Shown one piece after another: positions 38,301-52,367 of a stretch of 64,000 nt of DNA (position 1 is its first letter; each line of letters starts with the position of its first letter). The notes under the pieces were generated by a model that searched no databases, was not told where the DNA came from, and saw nothing but the letters and a program-made list of their open reading frames with translations. The position numbers and the translations under genes are program-made. The DNA lies in the NCBI GenBank assembly GCA_032718475.1, contig JAUCBJ010002196.1, positions 18,299 to 82,298 of the forward strand. Direction: 5' to 3'. The DNA comes from Nemertoderma westbladi (lineage: Eukaryota > Animalia > Xenacoelomorpha).

Positions 38301-41300
38301 CCATTGTACTAACTAACTAGGTGGTTAGCGTAATTGGTCTTCGCGGCCTGCCATCGCCTGTACACCTTTGTACTAACTAGGTAGTTGGCATAATTGGTCT
38401 CCCCGTCCAGCCACCGTCTGTACACCATTGTACTAACAATCTAGGTGGTTAGCGTAATTGGTCTTCCCAGCCAGCCACCATCTGTACACCATTGTACTAA
38501 CTAACTAGGTGGTTGGCGTAATTGGTCTCCCCAGCCAGCCACCGTCTGTACACCATTGTACTAACTAACTAGGTGGTTGGCATAATTGGTCTTCCTGGCC
38601 AGCCACCGTCTGTACACCATTGTACTAACTAACTAGGTGGTTAGCGTAATTGGTCTTCCCGGCCAGCCACCGTCTGTACACCATTGTACTAACTAACTAG
38701 GTGGTTAGCGTAATTGGTCTTCCCGGCCAGCCACCATCTGTACACCATTGTACTAACTAACTAGGTGGTTAGCGTAATTGGTCTTCATGGCCAGCCACCG
38801 CCTGTACACCATTGTACTAACTAACTAGGTGGTTAGTGTAATTGGTCATCCCGGCCAGCCACCGTCTGTACACCATTGTACTAACTAACTAGGTGGTTAG
38901 TGTAATTGGTCTTCCCGGCCTGCCACCGCCTGTACACCATTGTACTAACTAACTAGGTGGTTAGCGTAATTGGTCTTCCCGGCCTGCCATCGCCTGTACA
39001 CCATTGTACTAACAAGGTGGTTGGCATAATTGGTCTTCCCGGCCAGCCACCGCCTGTACACCATAGTACTAACTAACTAGGTGGTTAGCGTAATTGGTCT
39101 TCCCGGCCTGCCATCGCCTGTACACCATTGTACTAAACTAGGTGGTTGGCATAATTCGTCTTCCCGGCCAGCCACCGCCTGTACACCATTGTACTAACTG
39201 ACTAGGTGGTTGGTGTAATTGGTCTCCCCGGCCAGCCACCGTCTGTACACCATTGTACTAACTAACTAGGTGGTTAGCGTAATTGGTCTTCGCGGCCTGC
39301 CATCGCCTGTACACCTTTGTACTAACTAGGTAGTTGGCATAATTGGTCTCCCCGTCCAGCCACCGTCTGTACACCATTGTACTAACAAACTAGGTGGTTA
39401 GCGTAATTGGTCTTCCCAGCCAGCCACCATCTGTACACCATTGTACTAACTAACTAGGTGGTTGGCGTAATTGGTCTCCCCAGCCAGCCACCGTCTGTAC
39501 ACTATTGTACTAACTAACTAGGTGGTTAGAGTAATTGGTCTTCCTGGCCAGCCACTGCCTGTACACCATTGCACTAACTAGGTGGTTAGCGTAATTGGTC
39601 TTCCCGGCCAGCCACTGCCTGTACACCATAGTACTAACTAACTAGGTGGTTAGCATAATTGGTCTTCCCGGCCAGCCACCGCCTGTACACCATTATACTA
39701 ACTGACTAGGTGGTTGGCGTAATTGGTCTCCCAGGCCAGCCACCATCTGTACACCATTGTACTAACTAACTAGGTGGTTAGCGTAATTGGTCTTCCCGGC
39801 CAGCCACCGCCTGTACACCATTGTACTAACTATCTAGGTGGTTGGCGTAATTGGTCTTTCCGGCCAGCCACCGTCTGTACACCATTGTACTAACTAACTA
39901 GGTGGTTGGCGTAATTGATCTTCCCGGCCAGCCATCGCCTGTACACCATTGTACTAACTAGGTGGTTGGCATAATTGGTCTTCCTGGCCAGCCACCGCCT
40001 GTACACCATTGTACTAACTGACTAGGTGGTTGGTGTAATTGGTCTCCCTGGCCAGCCACAGTCTGTACACCATTGTACTAACTAACTAGGTGGTTAGCGT
40101 AATTGGTCTTCCCGGCCTGCCATCGCCTGTACACCATTGTACTAACTAGGTGGTTGGCATAATTGGTCTTCCCGGCCAGCCACCGCCTGTACACCATAGT
40201 ACTAACTAACTAGGTGGTTAGCGTAATTGGTCTCCCTGGCCAGCCACCGACTGTACGTACACCATTGTACTAACTGACTAGGTGGTTGGCGTAATTGGTC
40301 TCCCTGGCCAGCCACCGTCTGTACACCATTGTACTAACTAACTAGGTAGTTAGCGTAATTGGTCTTCCCGGCCAGCCACCGCCTGTACACCATTGTACTA
40401 ACTAACTAGGTGGTTGGCGTAATTGGTCTTTCCGGCCAGCCACCGTCTGTACACCATTGTACATACTAACGAGGTGGTTGGCGTAATTGGTCTTCCCGGC
40501 CTGCCATCGCCTGTACACCATTGTACTAACTAGGTGGTTGGCATAATTGGTCTTCCCGGCCAGCCACCGCCTGTACACCATAGTACTAACTAACTAGGTG
40601 GTTAGCGTAATTGGTCTTCCCGGACAGCCACCGCCTGTACACCATAGTACTAACTAACTAGGTGGTTAGCGTAATTGGTCTTCCCGGCCTGCCATCGCCT
40701 GTACACCATTGTACTAACTAGGTGGTTGGCATAATTGGTCTTCCCGGCCAGCCACCGCCTGTACACCATTGTACTAACTGACTAGGTGGTTGGCGTAATT
40801 GGTCTCCCTGGCCAGCCACCATCTGTACACCATTGTACTAACTAACTATGAGGTTAGCGTAATTGGCCTTCCCGGCCAGCCACCGCCTGTACACCATTGT
40901 ACTAACTAACTAGGTGGTTGGCGTAATTGGTCTTTCCGGCCAGCCACCGTCTGTACACCATTGTACTAACTAACTAGGTGGTTGGCGTAATTGGTCTTCC
41001 CGGCCAGCCAGCGTCTGTACACCATTGTACTAACTAACTAGGTGGTTGGCGTAATTGGTCTTCCCGGCCAGCCACCACCTGTACACCATTGTACTAACTA
41101 GGTGGTTGGCGTAAATGGTCTTCCCGGCCAGCCACCGTCTGTACACCATTGTACTAACTAACTAGGTAGTTGGCGTAATTGGTCTTCCCGGCCAGCCACC
41201 GTCTGTACACCATTGTACTAACTAGGTGGTTGGCGTAATTGGTCTTCCTGGCCAGCCACCGTCTGTACACATTGTACTAACTAACTAGGTTGTTGGCATA

Positions 41301-44300
41301 ATTGGTCTTCCCGGGCAGCCACCGCCTGTACATCATTGTACTAACTAACTAGGTGGTTGGCGTAATTGGTCTTCCCGGCCAGCCACTGTCTGTACACCAT
41401 TGTACTAACTAACTAGGTGGTTGGCGTAATTGGTCTTCCCAGCCAGCCACCGTCTGTACACCATTGTACTAACTAGGTGGTTAGCGTAATTGGTCTTCCC
41501 GGCCAGTCACCATCTGTACACCATTGTACTAACTAACTAGGTGGTTGGCGTAATTGGTCTTCCCAGCCAGCCACTGCCTGTACACCATTGTACTAACTAA
41601 CTAGGTGGTTGGCGTAATTGGTCTTCCCAGCCAGCCAGCGTATGTACACCATTGTACTAACTAACTAGGTGGTTGGCATAATTGGTCTTCCTGGCCAGCC
41701 ACCGTCTGTACACCATTGTACTAACTAACTAGGTGGTTAGCGTAATTGGTCTTCCCGGCCAGCCACCGTCTGTACACAATTGTACTAACTAACTAGGTGG
41801 TTAGCGTAATTGGTCTTCCCGGCCAGCCACCATCTGTACACCATTGTACTAACTAACTAGGTGGTTAGCGTAATTGGTCTTCATGGCCAGCCACCGCCTG
41901 TACACCATTGTACTAACTAACTAGGTGGTTAGTGTAATTGGTCTTCCCGGCCAGCCACCGTCTGTACACCATTGTACTAACTAACTAGGTGGTTAGTGTA
42001 ATTGGTCTTCCCGGCCTGCCACCGCCTGTACACCATTGTACTAACTAACTAGGTGGTTAGCGTAATTGGTCTTCCCGGCCTGCCATCGCCTGTACACCAT
42101 TGTACTAACTAGGTGGTTGGCATAATTGGTCTTCCCGGCCAGCCACCGCCTGTACACCATAGTACTAACTAACTAGGTGGTTAGCGTAATTGGTCTTCCC
42201 GGCCTGCCATCGCCTGTACACCATTGTACTAAACTAGGTGGTTGGCATAATTCGTCTTCCCGGCCAGCCACCGCCTGTACACCATTGTACTAACTGACTA
42301 GGTGGTTGGTGTAATTGGTCTCCCCGGCCAGCCACCGTCTGTACACCATTGTACTAACTAACTAGGTGGTTAGCGTAATTGGTCTTCGCGGCCTGCCATC
42401 GCCTGTACACCTTTGTACTAACTAGGTAGTTGGCATAATTGGTCTCCCCGTCCAGCCACCGTCTGTACACCATTGTACTAACAATCTAGGTGGTTAGCGT
42501 AATTGGTCTTCCCAGCCAGCCACCATCTGTACACCATTGTACTAACTAACTAGGTGGTTGGCGTAATTGGTCTCCCCAGCCAGCCACCGTCTGTACACCA
42601 TTGTACTAACTAACTAGGTGGTTGGCATAATTGGTCTTCCTGGCCAGCCACCGTCTGTACACCATTGTACTAACTAACTAGGTGGTTAGCGTAATTGGTC
42701 TTCCCGGCCAGCCACCGTCTGTACACCATTGTACTAACTAACTAGGTGGTTAGCGTAATTGGTCTTCCCGGCCAGCCACCATCTGTACACCATTGTACTA
42801 ACTAACTAGGTGGTTAGCGTAATTGGTCTTCATGGCCAGCCACCGCCTGTACACCATTGTACTAACTAACTAGGTGGTTAGTGTAATTGGTCATCCCGGC
42901 CAGCCACCGTCTGTACACCATTGTACTAACTAACTAGGTGGTTAGTGTAATTGGTCTTCCCGGCCTGCCACCGCCTGTACACCATTGTACTAACTAACTA
43001 GGTGGTTAGCGTAATTGGTCTTCCCGGCCTGCCATCGCCTGTACACCATTGTACTAACAAGGTGGTTGGCATAATTGGTCTTCCCGGCCAGCCACCGCCT
43101 GTACACCATAGTACTAACTAACTAGGTGGTTAGCGTAATTGGTCTTCCCGGCCTGCCATCGCCTGTACACCATTGTACTAAACTAGGTGGTTGGCATAAT
43201 TCGTCTTCCCGGCCAGCCACCGCCTGTACACCATTGTACTAACTGACTAGGTGGTTGGTGTAATTGGTCTCCCCGGCCAGCCACCGTCTGTACACCATTG
43301 TACTAACTAACTAGGTGGTTAGCGTAATTGGTCTTCGCGGCCTGCCATCGCCTGTACACCTTTGTACTAACTAGGTAGTTGGCATAATTGGTCTCCCCGT
43401 CCAGCCACCGTCTGTACACCATTGTACTAACAAACTAGGTGGTTAGCGTAATTGGTCTTCCCAGCCAGCCACCATCTGTACACCATTGTACTAACTAACT
43501 AGGTGGTTGGCGTAATTGGTCTCCCCAGCCAGCCACCGTCTGTACACTATTGTACTAACTAACTAGGTGGTTAGAGTAATTGGTCTTCCTGGCCAGCCAC
43601 TGCCTGTACACCATTGCACTAACTAGGTGGTTAGCGTAATTGGTCTTCCCGGCCTGCCACTGCCTGTACACCATAGTACTAACTAACTAGGTGGTTAGCA
43701 TAATTGGTCTTCCCGGCCAGCCACCGCCTGTACACCATTATACTAACTGACTAGGTGGTTGGCGTAATTGGTCTCCCAGGCCAGCCACCATCTGTACACC
43801 ATTGTACTAACTAACTAGGTGGTTAGCGTAATTGGTCTTCCCGGCCAGCCACCGCCTGTACACCATTGTACTAACTATCTAGGTGGTTGGCGTAATTGGT
43901 CTTTCCGGCCAGCCACCGTCTGTACACCATTGTACTAACTAACTAGGTGGTTGGCGTAATTGATCTTCCCGGCCAGCCAGCGTCTGTACACCATTGTACT
44001 AACTAACTAGGTGGTTGGCGTAATTGGTCTTCCCGGCCAGCCACCACCTGTACACCATTGTACTAACTAGGTGGTTGGCGTAAATGGTCTTCCCGGCCAG
44101 CCACCGTCTGTACACCATTGTACTAACTAACTAGGTAGTTGGCGTAATTGGTCATCCCGGCCAGCCACCGTCTGTACACCATTGTACTAACTAGTTGGTT
44201 GGCGTAATTGGTCTTCCCGGCCAGCCACCGTCTGCACACCATTGTACTAACTAACTAGGTTGTTGGCATAATTGGTCTTCCCGGCCAGCCACCGCCTGTA

Positions 44301-47300
44301 CATCATTGTACTAACTAACTAGGTGGTTGGCGTAATTGGTCTTCCCGGCCAGCCACTGTCTGTACACCATTGTACTAACTAACTAGGTGGTTGGCGTAAT
44401 TGGTCTTCCCAGCCAGCCACCGTCTGTACACCATTGTACTAACTAGGTGGTTAGCGTAATTGGTCTTCCCGGCCAGTCACCATCTGTACACCATTGTACT
44501 AACTAACTAGGTGGTTGGCGTAATTGGTCTTCCCAGCCAGCCACTGCCTGTACACCATTGTACTAACTAACTAGGTGGTTGGCGTAATTGGTCTTCCCAG
44601 CCAGCCAGCATCTGTACACCAATGTACTAACTAACTAGGTGGTTGGCATAATTGGTCTTCCTGGCCAGCCACCGTCTGTACACCATTGTACTAACTAACT
44701 AGGTGGTTAGCATAATTGGTCTTCCCGGCCAGCCACCGTCTGTACACCATTGTACTAACTAACTAGGTGGTTAGCATAATTGGTCTTCCCGGCCAGCCAC
44801 CATCTGTACACCATTGTACTAACTAACTAGGTGGTTAGCGTAATTGGTCTTCACGGCCAGCCACCGCCTGTACACCATTGTACTAACTAACTAGGTGGTT
44901 AGCGTAATTGGTCTTCCCGGCCAGCCACCGTCTGTAAACCATTGTACTAACTAACTAGGTGGTTAGTGTAATTGGTCTTCCCGGCCTGCCACCGCCTGTA
45001 CACCATTGTACTAACTAACTAGGTGGTTAGCGTAATTGGTCTTCCCGGCCTGCCATCGCCTGTACACCATTGTACTAACTAGGTGGTTGGCATAATTGGT
45101 CTTCCTGGCCAGCCACCGCCTGTACACCATAGTACTAACTAACTAGGTGGTTAGCGTAATTGGTCTTCCCGGCCTGCCATCGCCTGTACACCATTGTACT
45201 AAACTAGGTGGTTGGCATAATTCGTCTTCCCGGCCAGCCATCGCCTGTACACCATTGTACTAACTGACTAGGTGGTTGGTGTAATTGGTCTCCCCGGCCA
45301 GCCACCGTCTGTCTGTACACCATTGTACTAACTAACTAGGTGGTTAGCGTAATTGGTCTTCGCGGCCTGCCATCGCCTGTACAGCATTGTACTAACTAGG
45401 TAGTTGGCATAATTGGTCTCCCCGTCCAGCCACCGTCTGTACACCATTGTACTAACAAACTAGGTGGTTAGCGTAATTGGTCTTCCCAGCCAGCCACCAT
45501 CTGTACACCATTGTACTAACTAACTAGGTGGTTGGCGTAATTGGTCTCCCCAGCCATCCACCGTCTGTACACTATTGTACTAACTAACTAGGTGGTTAGA
45601 GTAATTGGTCTTCCCGGCCAGCCACTGCCTGTACACCATAGCACTAACTAGGTGGTTAGCGTAATTGGTCTTCCCGGCCAGCCACTGCCTGTACACCTGT
45701 ACACCATAGTACTAACTAACTAGGTGGTTAGCGTAATTGGTCTTCCTGGCTAGCCACCGACTACACCATTGTACTAACTAACTAGGTGGTTAGCGTAATT
45801 GGTCTTCGCGGCCTGCCATCGCCTGTACACCTTTGTACTAACTAGGTAGTTGGCATAATTGGTCTCCCCGTCCAGCCACCGTCTGTACACCATTGTACTA
45901 ACAATCTAGGTGGTTAGCGTAATTGGTCTTCCCAGCCAGCCACCATCTGTACACCATTGTACTAACTAACTAGGTGGTTGGCGTAATTGGTCTCCCCAGC
46001 CAGCCACCGTCTGTACACCATTGTACTAACTAACTAGGTGGTTGGCATAATTGGTCTTCCTGGCCAGCCACCGTCTGTACACCATTGTACTAACTAACTA
46101 GGTGGTTAGCGTAATTGGTCTTCCCGGCCAGCCACCGTCTGTACACCATTGTACTAACTAACTAGGTGGTTAGCGTAATTGGTCTTCCCGGCCAGCCACC
46201 ATCTGTACACCATTGTACTAACTAACTAGGTGGTTAGCGTAATTGGTCTTCATGGCCAGCCACCGCCTGTACACCATTGTACTAACTAACTAGGTGGTTA
46301 GTGTAATTGGTCATCCCGGCCAGCCACCGTCTGTACACCATTGTACTAACTAACTAGGTGGTTAGTGTAATTGGTCTTCCCGGCCTGCCACCGCCTGTAC
46401 ACCATTGTACTAACTAACTAGGTGGTTAGCGTAATTGGTCTTCCCGGCCTGCCATCGCCTGTACACCATTGTACTAACAAGGTGGTTGGCATAATTGGTC
46501 TTCCCGGCCAGCCACCGCCTGTACACCATAGTACTAACTAACTAGGTGGTTAGCGTAATTGGTCTTCCCGGCCTGCCATCGCCTGTACACCATTGTACTA
46601 AACTAGGTGGTTGGCATAATTCGTCTTCCCGGCCAGCCACCGCCTGTACACCATTGTACTAACTGACTAGGTGGTTGGTGTAATTGGTCTCCCCGGCCAG
46701 CCACCGTCTGTACACCATTGTACTAACTAACTAGGTGGTTAGCGTAATTGGTCTTCGCGGCCTGCCATCGCCTGTACACCTTTGTACTAACTAGGTAGTT
46801 GGCATAATTGGTCTCCCCGTCCAGCCACCGTCTGTACACCATTGTACTAACAAACTAGGTGGTTAGCGTAATTGGTCTTCCCAGCCAGCCACCATCTGTA
46901 CACCATTGTACTAACTAACTAGGTGGTTGGCGTAATTGGTCTCCCCAGCCAGCCACCGTCTGTACACTATTGTACTAACTAACTAGGTGGTTAGAGTAAT
47001 TGGTCTTCCTGGCCAGCCACTGCCTGTACACCATTGCACTAACTAGGTGGTTAGCGTAATTGGTCTTCCCGGCCAGCCACTGCCTGTACACCATAGTACT
47101 AACTAACTAGGTGGTTAGCATAATTGGTCTTCCCGGCCAGCCACCGCCTGTACACCATTATACTAACTGACTAGGTGGTTGGCGTAATTGGTCTCCCAGG
47201 CCAGCCACCATCTGTACACCATTGTACTAACTAACTAGGTGGTTAGCGTAATTGGTCTTCCCGGCCAGCCACCGCCTGTACACCATTGTACTAACTATCT

Positions 47301-49260
47301 AGGTGGTTGGCGTAATTGGTCTTTCCGGCCAGCCACCGTCTGTACACCATTGTACTAACTAACTAGGTGGTTGGCGTAATTGATCTTCCCGGCCAGCCAG
47401 CGTCTGTACACCATTGTACTAACTAACTAGGTGGTTGGCGTAATTGGTCTTCCCGGCCAGCCACCACCTGTACACCATTGTACTAACTAGGTGGTTGGCG
47501 TAAATGGTCTTCCCGGCCAGCCACCGTCTGTACACCATTGTACTAACTAACTAGGTAGTTGGCGTAATTGGTCATCCCGGCCAGCCACCGTCTGTACACC
47601 ATTGTACTAACTAGTTGGTTGGCGTAATTGGTCTTCCCGGCCAGCCACCGTCTGCACACCATTGTACTAACTAACTAGGTTGTTGGCATAATTGGTCTTC
47701 CCGGCCAGCCACCGCCTGTACATCATTGTACTAACTAACTAGGTGGTTGGCGTAATTGGTCTTCCCGGCCAGCCACTGTCTGTACACCATTGTACTAACT
47801 AACTAGGTGGTTGGCGTAATTGGTCTTCCCAGCCAGCCACCGTCTGTACACCATTGTACTAACTAGGTGGTTAGCGTAATTGGTCTTCCCGGCCAGTCAC
47901 CATCTGTACACCATTGTACTAACTAACTAGGTGGTTGGCGTAATTGGTCTTCCCAGCCAGCCACTGCCTGTACACCATTGTACTAACTAACTAGGTGGTT
48001 GGCGTAATTGGTCTTCCCAGCCAGCCAGCATCTGTACACCAATGTACTAACTAACTAGGTGGTTGGCATAATTGGTCTTCCTGGCCAGCCACCGTCTGTA
48101 CACCATTGTACTAACTAACTAGGTGGTTAGCATAATTGGTCTTCCCGGCCAGCCACCGTCTGTACACCATTGTACTAACTAACTAGGTGGTTAGCATAAT
48201 TGGTCTTCCCGGCCAGCCACCATCTGTACACCATTGTACTAACTAACTAGGTGGTTAGCGTAATTGGTCTTCACGGCCAGCCACCGCCTGTACACCATTG
48301 TACTAACTAACTAGGTGGTTAGCGTAATTGGTCTTCCCGGCCAGCCACCGTCTGTAAACCATTGTACTAACTAACTAGGTGGTTAGTGTAATTGGTCTTC
48401 CCGGCCTGCCACCGCCTGTACACCATTGTACTAACTAACTAGGTGGTTAGCGTAATTGGTCTTCCCGGCCTGCCATCGCCTGTACACCATTGTACTAACT
48501 AGGTGGTTGGCATAATTGGTCTTCCTGGCCAGCCACCGCCTGTACACCATAGTACTAACTAACTAGGTGGTTAGCGTAATTGGTCTTCCCGGCCTGCCAT
48601 CGCCTGTACACCATTGTACTAAACTAGGTGGTTGGCATAATTCGTCTTCCCGGCCAGCCATCGCCTGTACACCATTGTACTAACTGACTAGGTGGTTGGT
48701 GTAATTGGTCTCCCCGGCCAGCCACCGTCTGTCTGTACACCATTGTACTAACTAACTAGGTGGTTAGCGTAATTGGTCTTCGCGGCCTGCCATCGCCTGT
48801 ACAGCATTGTACTAACTAGGTAGTTGGCATAATTGGTCTCCCCGTCCAGCCACCGTCTGTACACCATTGTACTAACAAACTAGGTGGTTAGCGTAATTGG
48901 TCTTCCCAGCCAGCCACCATCTGTACACCATTGTACTAACTAACTAGGTGGTTGGCGTAATTGGTCTCCCCAGCCATCCACCGTCTGTACACTATTGTAC
49001 TAACTAACTAGGTGGTTAGAGTAATTGGTCTTCCCGGCCAGCCACTGCCTGTACACCATAGCACTAACTAGGTGGTTAGCGTAATTGGTCTTCCCGGCCA
49101 GCCACTGCCTGTACACCTGTACACCATAGTACTAACTAACTAGGTGGTTAGCGTAATTGGTCTTCCTGGCTAGCCACCGACTACACCATTGTACTAACTA
49201 ACTAGGTGGTTGGCATAATTGGTCTTCCCGGCCAGCCACCGCCTGTACACCATAGTACTA
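32356..49260. repeat. 60/64-bp satellite with higher-order repeats
   Basis: Unit GGTGGTT(A/G)GCGTAATTGGTCTTCCCGGCCAGCCACCG(C/T)CTGTACACCATTGTACTAACTA(ACTA). Rare variants recur at offsets of 1886, 4045 and 3420 bp. Confidence 0.99.
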
Positions 49261-49302
49261 CTACTACTACTAGGATCAGCATGCTGCATTGCAGCTGCAT
49301 TT

Positions 49303-51030
49303 TTAAGAATGCTGTGCCGGCTTGTCAACAAAATTGCACCGCCACAACTCCCTATCACCCATGACATTTGCTAGATCATCCGCATCTTCAAGGCCAGTGT
49401 CCTTTAAGATGCGTCTCAAGAAAGTCATGGGCTGTCCACCATGCTTATTCACTCCATGAGGCTGCCAAAGTACAAAATTATGCACTGGCTGGTCCTCACG
49501 GCGAAAGCAATGTCCTGCAAAGCGGAGGCGATTTTGTTCTAGTGTCAAGCTTGGGGGAACCAATGAGACACCTCCAATGTTAAATAGTGTCTGGTTGGAG
49601 ATGTGTGCATTGTACTTGACACAATGAACCCGGCGTAGCATTCTTGTGAATGTGCCATCCAGAGATTTGGTGTCCTCAGCAGTTAGAGCCCAGCATGGAC
49701 TCCCGTAGAGGAGTACTGGAACTACTGCTGCTCTAAATAATCGGACCTTAAGTTTCCGATTAATTCTCGGTGACTTCCAAATCCTGGAAAGCCTATTCAA
49801 GGCTGCCCATGCCTTTCCCTTACGTATTCGAAGGTCCTCACCTGACTTCCGGATCCATGATCCCAGGTAACAGAAGTCGTCCACATGCTCAAGCATACCA
49901 TCCTTTGAGCTTATGCTCATCCGATTAGAGACTTGCTGAGGACTTTCTAAGTTAACTGTCAAAATGTTGGTCTTTCTGGAGTTAATAAAAAGACCAACAC
50001 TAGAAGCAGCATGTTCTAATGAGCTGAGGAGCCGTTGGGCTCCCTCTAATGATTCTGAGAGTACTCCTAAGTCATCCGCAAAGTCTAGATCAGTTAGGTA
50101 CTTGGCAGGATTTCCTCGACTTCTGGAGCCAGTAGGTGGAGTTATCATCACCCCATCATCATTATGATGATCTAAGGACATGCGTAGAACATAGTCAACC
50201 ACAATAATGAACAAGAATGGTGCATGTGTGTCTCCTTGGAGGACGCCCCATAACACTTCAATTGGTTCTGTGTCACCGTCAACAGTAGACACAAATGTTG
50301 TCGAACCATCGTATACTGATCTGATTGCTGCAATAATTTCATCAGGAATCCCATATAATGAAAGTATGCTGAACATACGTGAGCGAGAGACTGAATCAAA
50401 GGCCTTGAAGAAGTCAACAAAGATAACAGCCAGATGCCTGTCTTTCTTTTTTGATAATTCTTCAATTATCCTTCTAAGTGCCAAAATGGGCTCCATAGTC
50501 CCACGACCTTTACGGAACCCATTCTGATTTCCACGGAGCAGTTTCTCAATAGGATCCCTGATGCGATTTAATAGAATCCTATTGTATAGCTTTGCAGCAA
50601 TCGAGATCAATGAGATTCCCCGAAAAGAACCATAGAGTGTTAGGTTGCCCTTCTTGGGTAGTGGCACCAACTTATTTGTTTTCATTTCTTGTGGGACTCT
50701 TGTTGTTCGGTACATGTCTACTATGATGGGATATATGAGCTTTAAACACTCAGGTATTTTAAAGACCTCAGGGGGAACACCATCTACTCCACTGGCGGCA
50801 CGATTGGTCTTAATGCTCTTTGCAGCAGCCTTCACTTCTGCAAAGGAGATATCGCCAATGGTAATATCTGGGAGTACAGACTCAGACACTTTTACTTCTA
50901 TAAAGTTATCAGGCAATACCCTGTCATTATTGAGGAGCTTTTCAAAGTGGGCTTTCCAACCATTGAGGCGATCGGCTGGTGATTCAGCCTTAACCTTGGT
51001 GGTTGGTTGGCTTTTCCGCCCAGTAAGCAA
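49303..51030 (-). pseudogene. Reverse transcriptase portion of the LINE ORF; open for 575 codons but cut off from the endonuclease by an in-frame stop (~51205) and a frameshift (~51355)
   Basis: RT motifs listed above. The upstream in-frame sequence …AWKSINLLTG continues to a TAG. Confidence 0.88.
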
Positions 51031-51340
51031 ATTGATCGATTTCCATGCCTGGGATGATTGCCTGCTGTCGTCAGCATCATTGATGGCATCAACCTGTTGG
51101 TTTATTAGCTCCTGTAGATTAACAGCGTACTGCCTGTTCAGGGACCTAGATGCAGCCTTAACTGCATTCTTGGCCGCTGTAGTCTGTTTGAGTCGGGACT
51201 CTTTCTACGCCTTATGAAGGTCATTTCGGCACTTCTGAATTTTGTTGTCAGTCCAGGGGGCCCTTTTCCTGTTTCGAGGGTATACAGGAACTGCTTCTGC
51301 AGCTGCTAACTTAACTGCTTCTGTAAAGGCAGTATAGCCC

Positions 51341-51990
51341 TCACAGTGATCTGCCGCCCTCATACCTGTTGCTCAGCTGTAGTGTGAAGCTGGATCTCAC
51401 ACTTGGCTGTTGCAAAAGAGAGGACCAGCCATGCCGCGGCAATGCAGATTTCGTTGTTCTGCTAGCACGCAGACTAAGTCTTACCTTGGCCACAATAAGG
51501 TGGTGATCACTGGAGAAGGGTCGAAGTGTAAATGCATTACAGTCTTGTATAGAGCTCCTGTATTTCCTACGAAACAGAATATGGTCTATCTGGGACTTGT
51601 GACCACTGGGTCCACTATGAGTCCATAGCTTTCCAGTTCGCTTCTTGAACTGGGTTCCAGCCGAAAACAATCCATTTCCAGAGATAAAATCCTGAAGATG
51701 GACAGAATTTCGGTTAACACTATTGCTATAGACCCAGGGCGATGTAGGTGATTGATGCACACTTGCATTAAAGTCTCCCAGGAATGTTAAGAATGCATGC
51801 TGATCCACTCCATCAGTAGCTGCTTGTAGATTGTGGTAGAAATTTTCCACCTCCTCTACAGGGGCAACACTAGTGGAGAGTAGCACACAATCAGAACCAC
51901 CTTAGGAAACTTCTTAGCCATTCTTCCAGAACATGAGAAGTGGCAACGGATGATGCGGTTAGAGATTTGGTCTATTTTGTCCAATGCTGC
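51341..51990 (-). pseudogene. APE-type endonuclease domain of the LINE, 5'-truncated and frameshifted
   Basis: LGDFNA, WTH, SQIDHILF and SDHHLI motifs in ORF 51341-51886. Confidence 0.85.
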
Positions 51991-52001
51991 AGTACTATAG
52001 T

Positions 52002-52307
52002 ACCATAGTACTAACTAACTAGGTGGTTAGCGCAATTGGTCTTCCTGGCCAGCCACCGACTGTACCATATGTACCATAGTACTAACTAACTAGGTGGTTA
52101 GCGTAATTGGTCTTCCTGGCCAGCCACCGACTGTACCATATGTACCATAGTACTAACTAACTAGGTGGTTAGCGTAATTGGTCTTCCTGGCCAGCCACCG
52201 ACTGTACACCATTGTACTAACTAACTAGGTGGTTGGCGTAATTGGTCTTCCCGACCAGCCACCATCTGTACACCATTGTACTAACTAACTAGGTGGTTAG
52301 CGTAATT
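52002..52307. repeat. Terminal block of the 60/64-bp satellite
   Basis: The same monomer resumes after the LINE. Two copies carry a longer TACCATATGTACCATAG variant. Confidence 0.95.
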
Positions 52308-52367
52308 TTTCGAAACTATCTAAATTATTATTAGTAATCACAGTGATATACATAATCCAGATGACTA

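Larger units (their letters stand above)
49261..51990 (-). mobile_element. RTE-clade LINE, 5'-truncated and disrupted, inserted in the 60/64-bp satellite
   Basis: APE endonuclease motifs (GDFNA, IDHIL, SDHH) and RT motifs (QNGFRKGR, FVDFFKAFDSV, GVLQGD, LDFADD, YLGS). Very short 3' UTR with a (TAG)n tail. Direct repeat ACCATAGTACTA at 49249-49260 and 52002-52013. Confidence 0.93.

Noticed and set aside
1-49260. CRISPR-like arrays (short palindromic repeats)
   Set aside because: Monomers are head-to-tail with no unique spacers, there are no cas genes, and the context is eukaryotic.
49303-51030. Intact stand-alone RT gene (retron or group II intron type)
   Set aside because: It is part of a eukaryotic APE-RT LINE with a tail and TSD, broken upstream by a stop and frameshifts.
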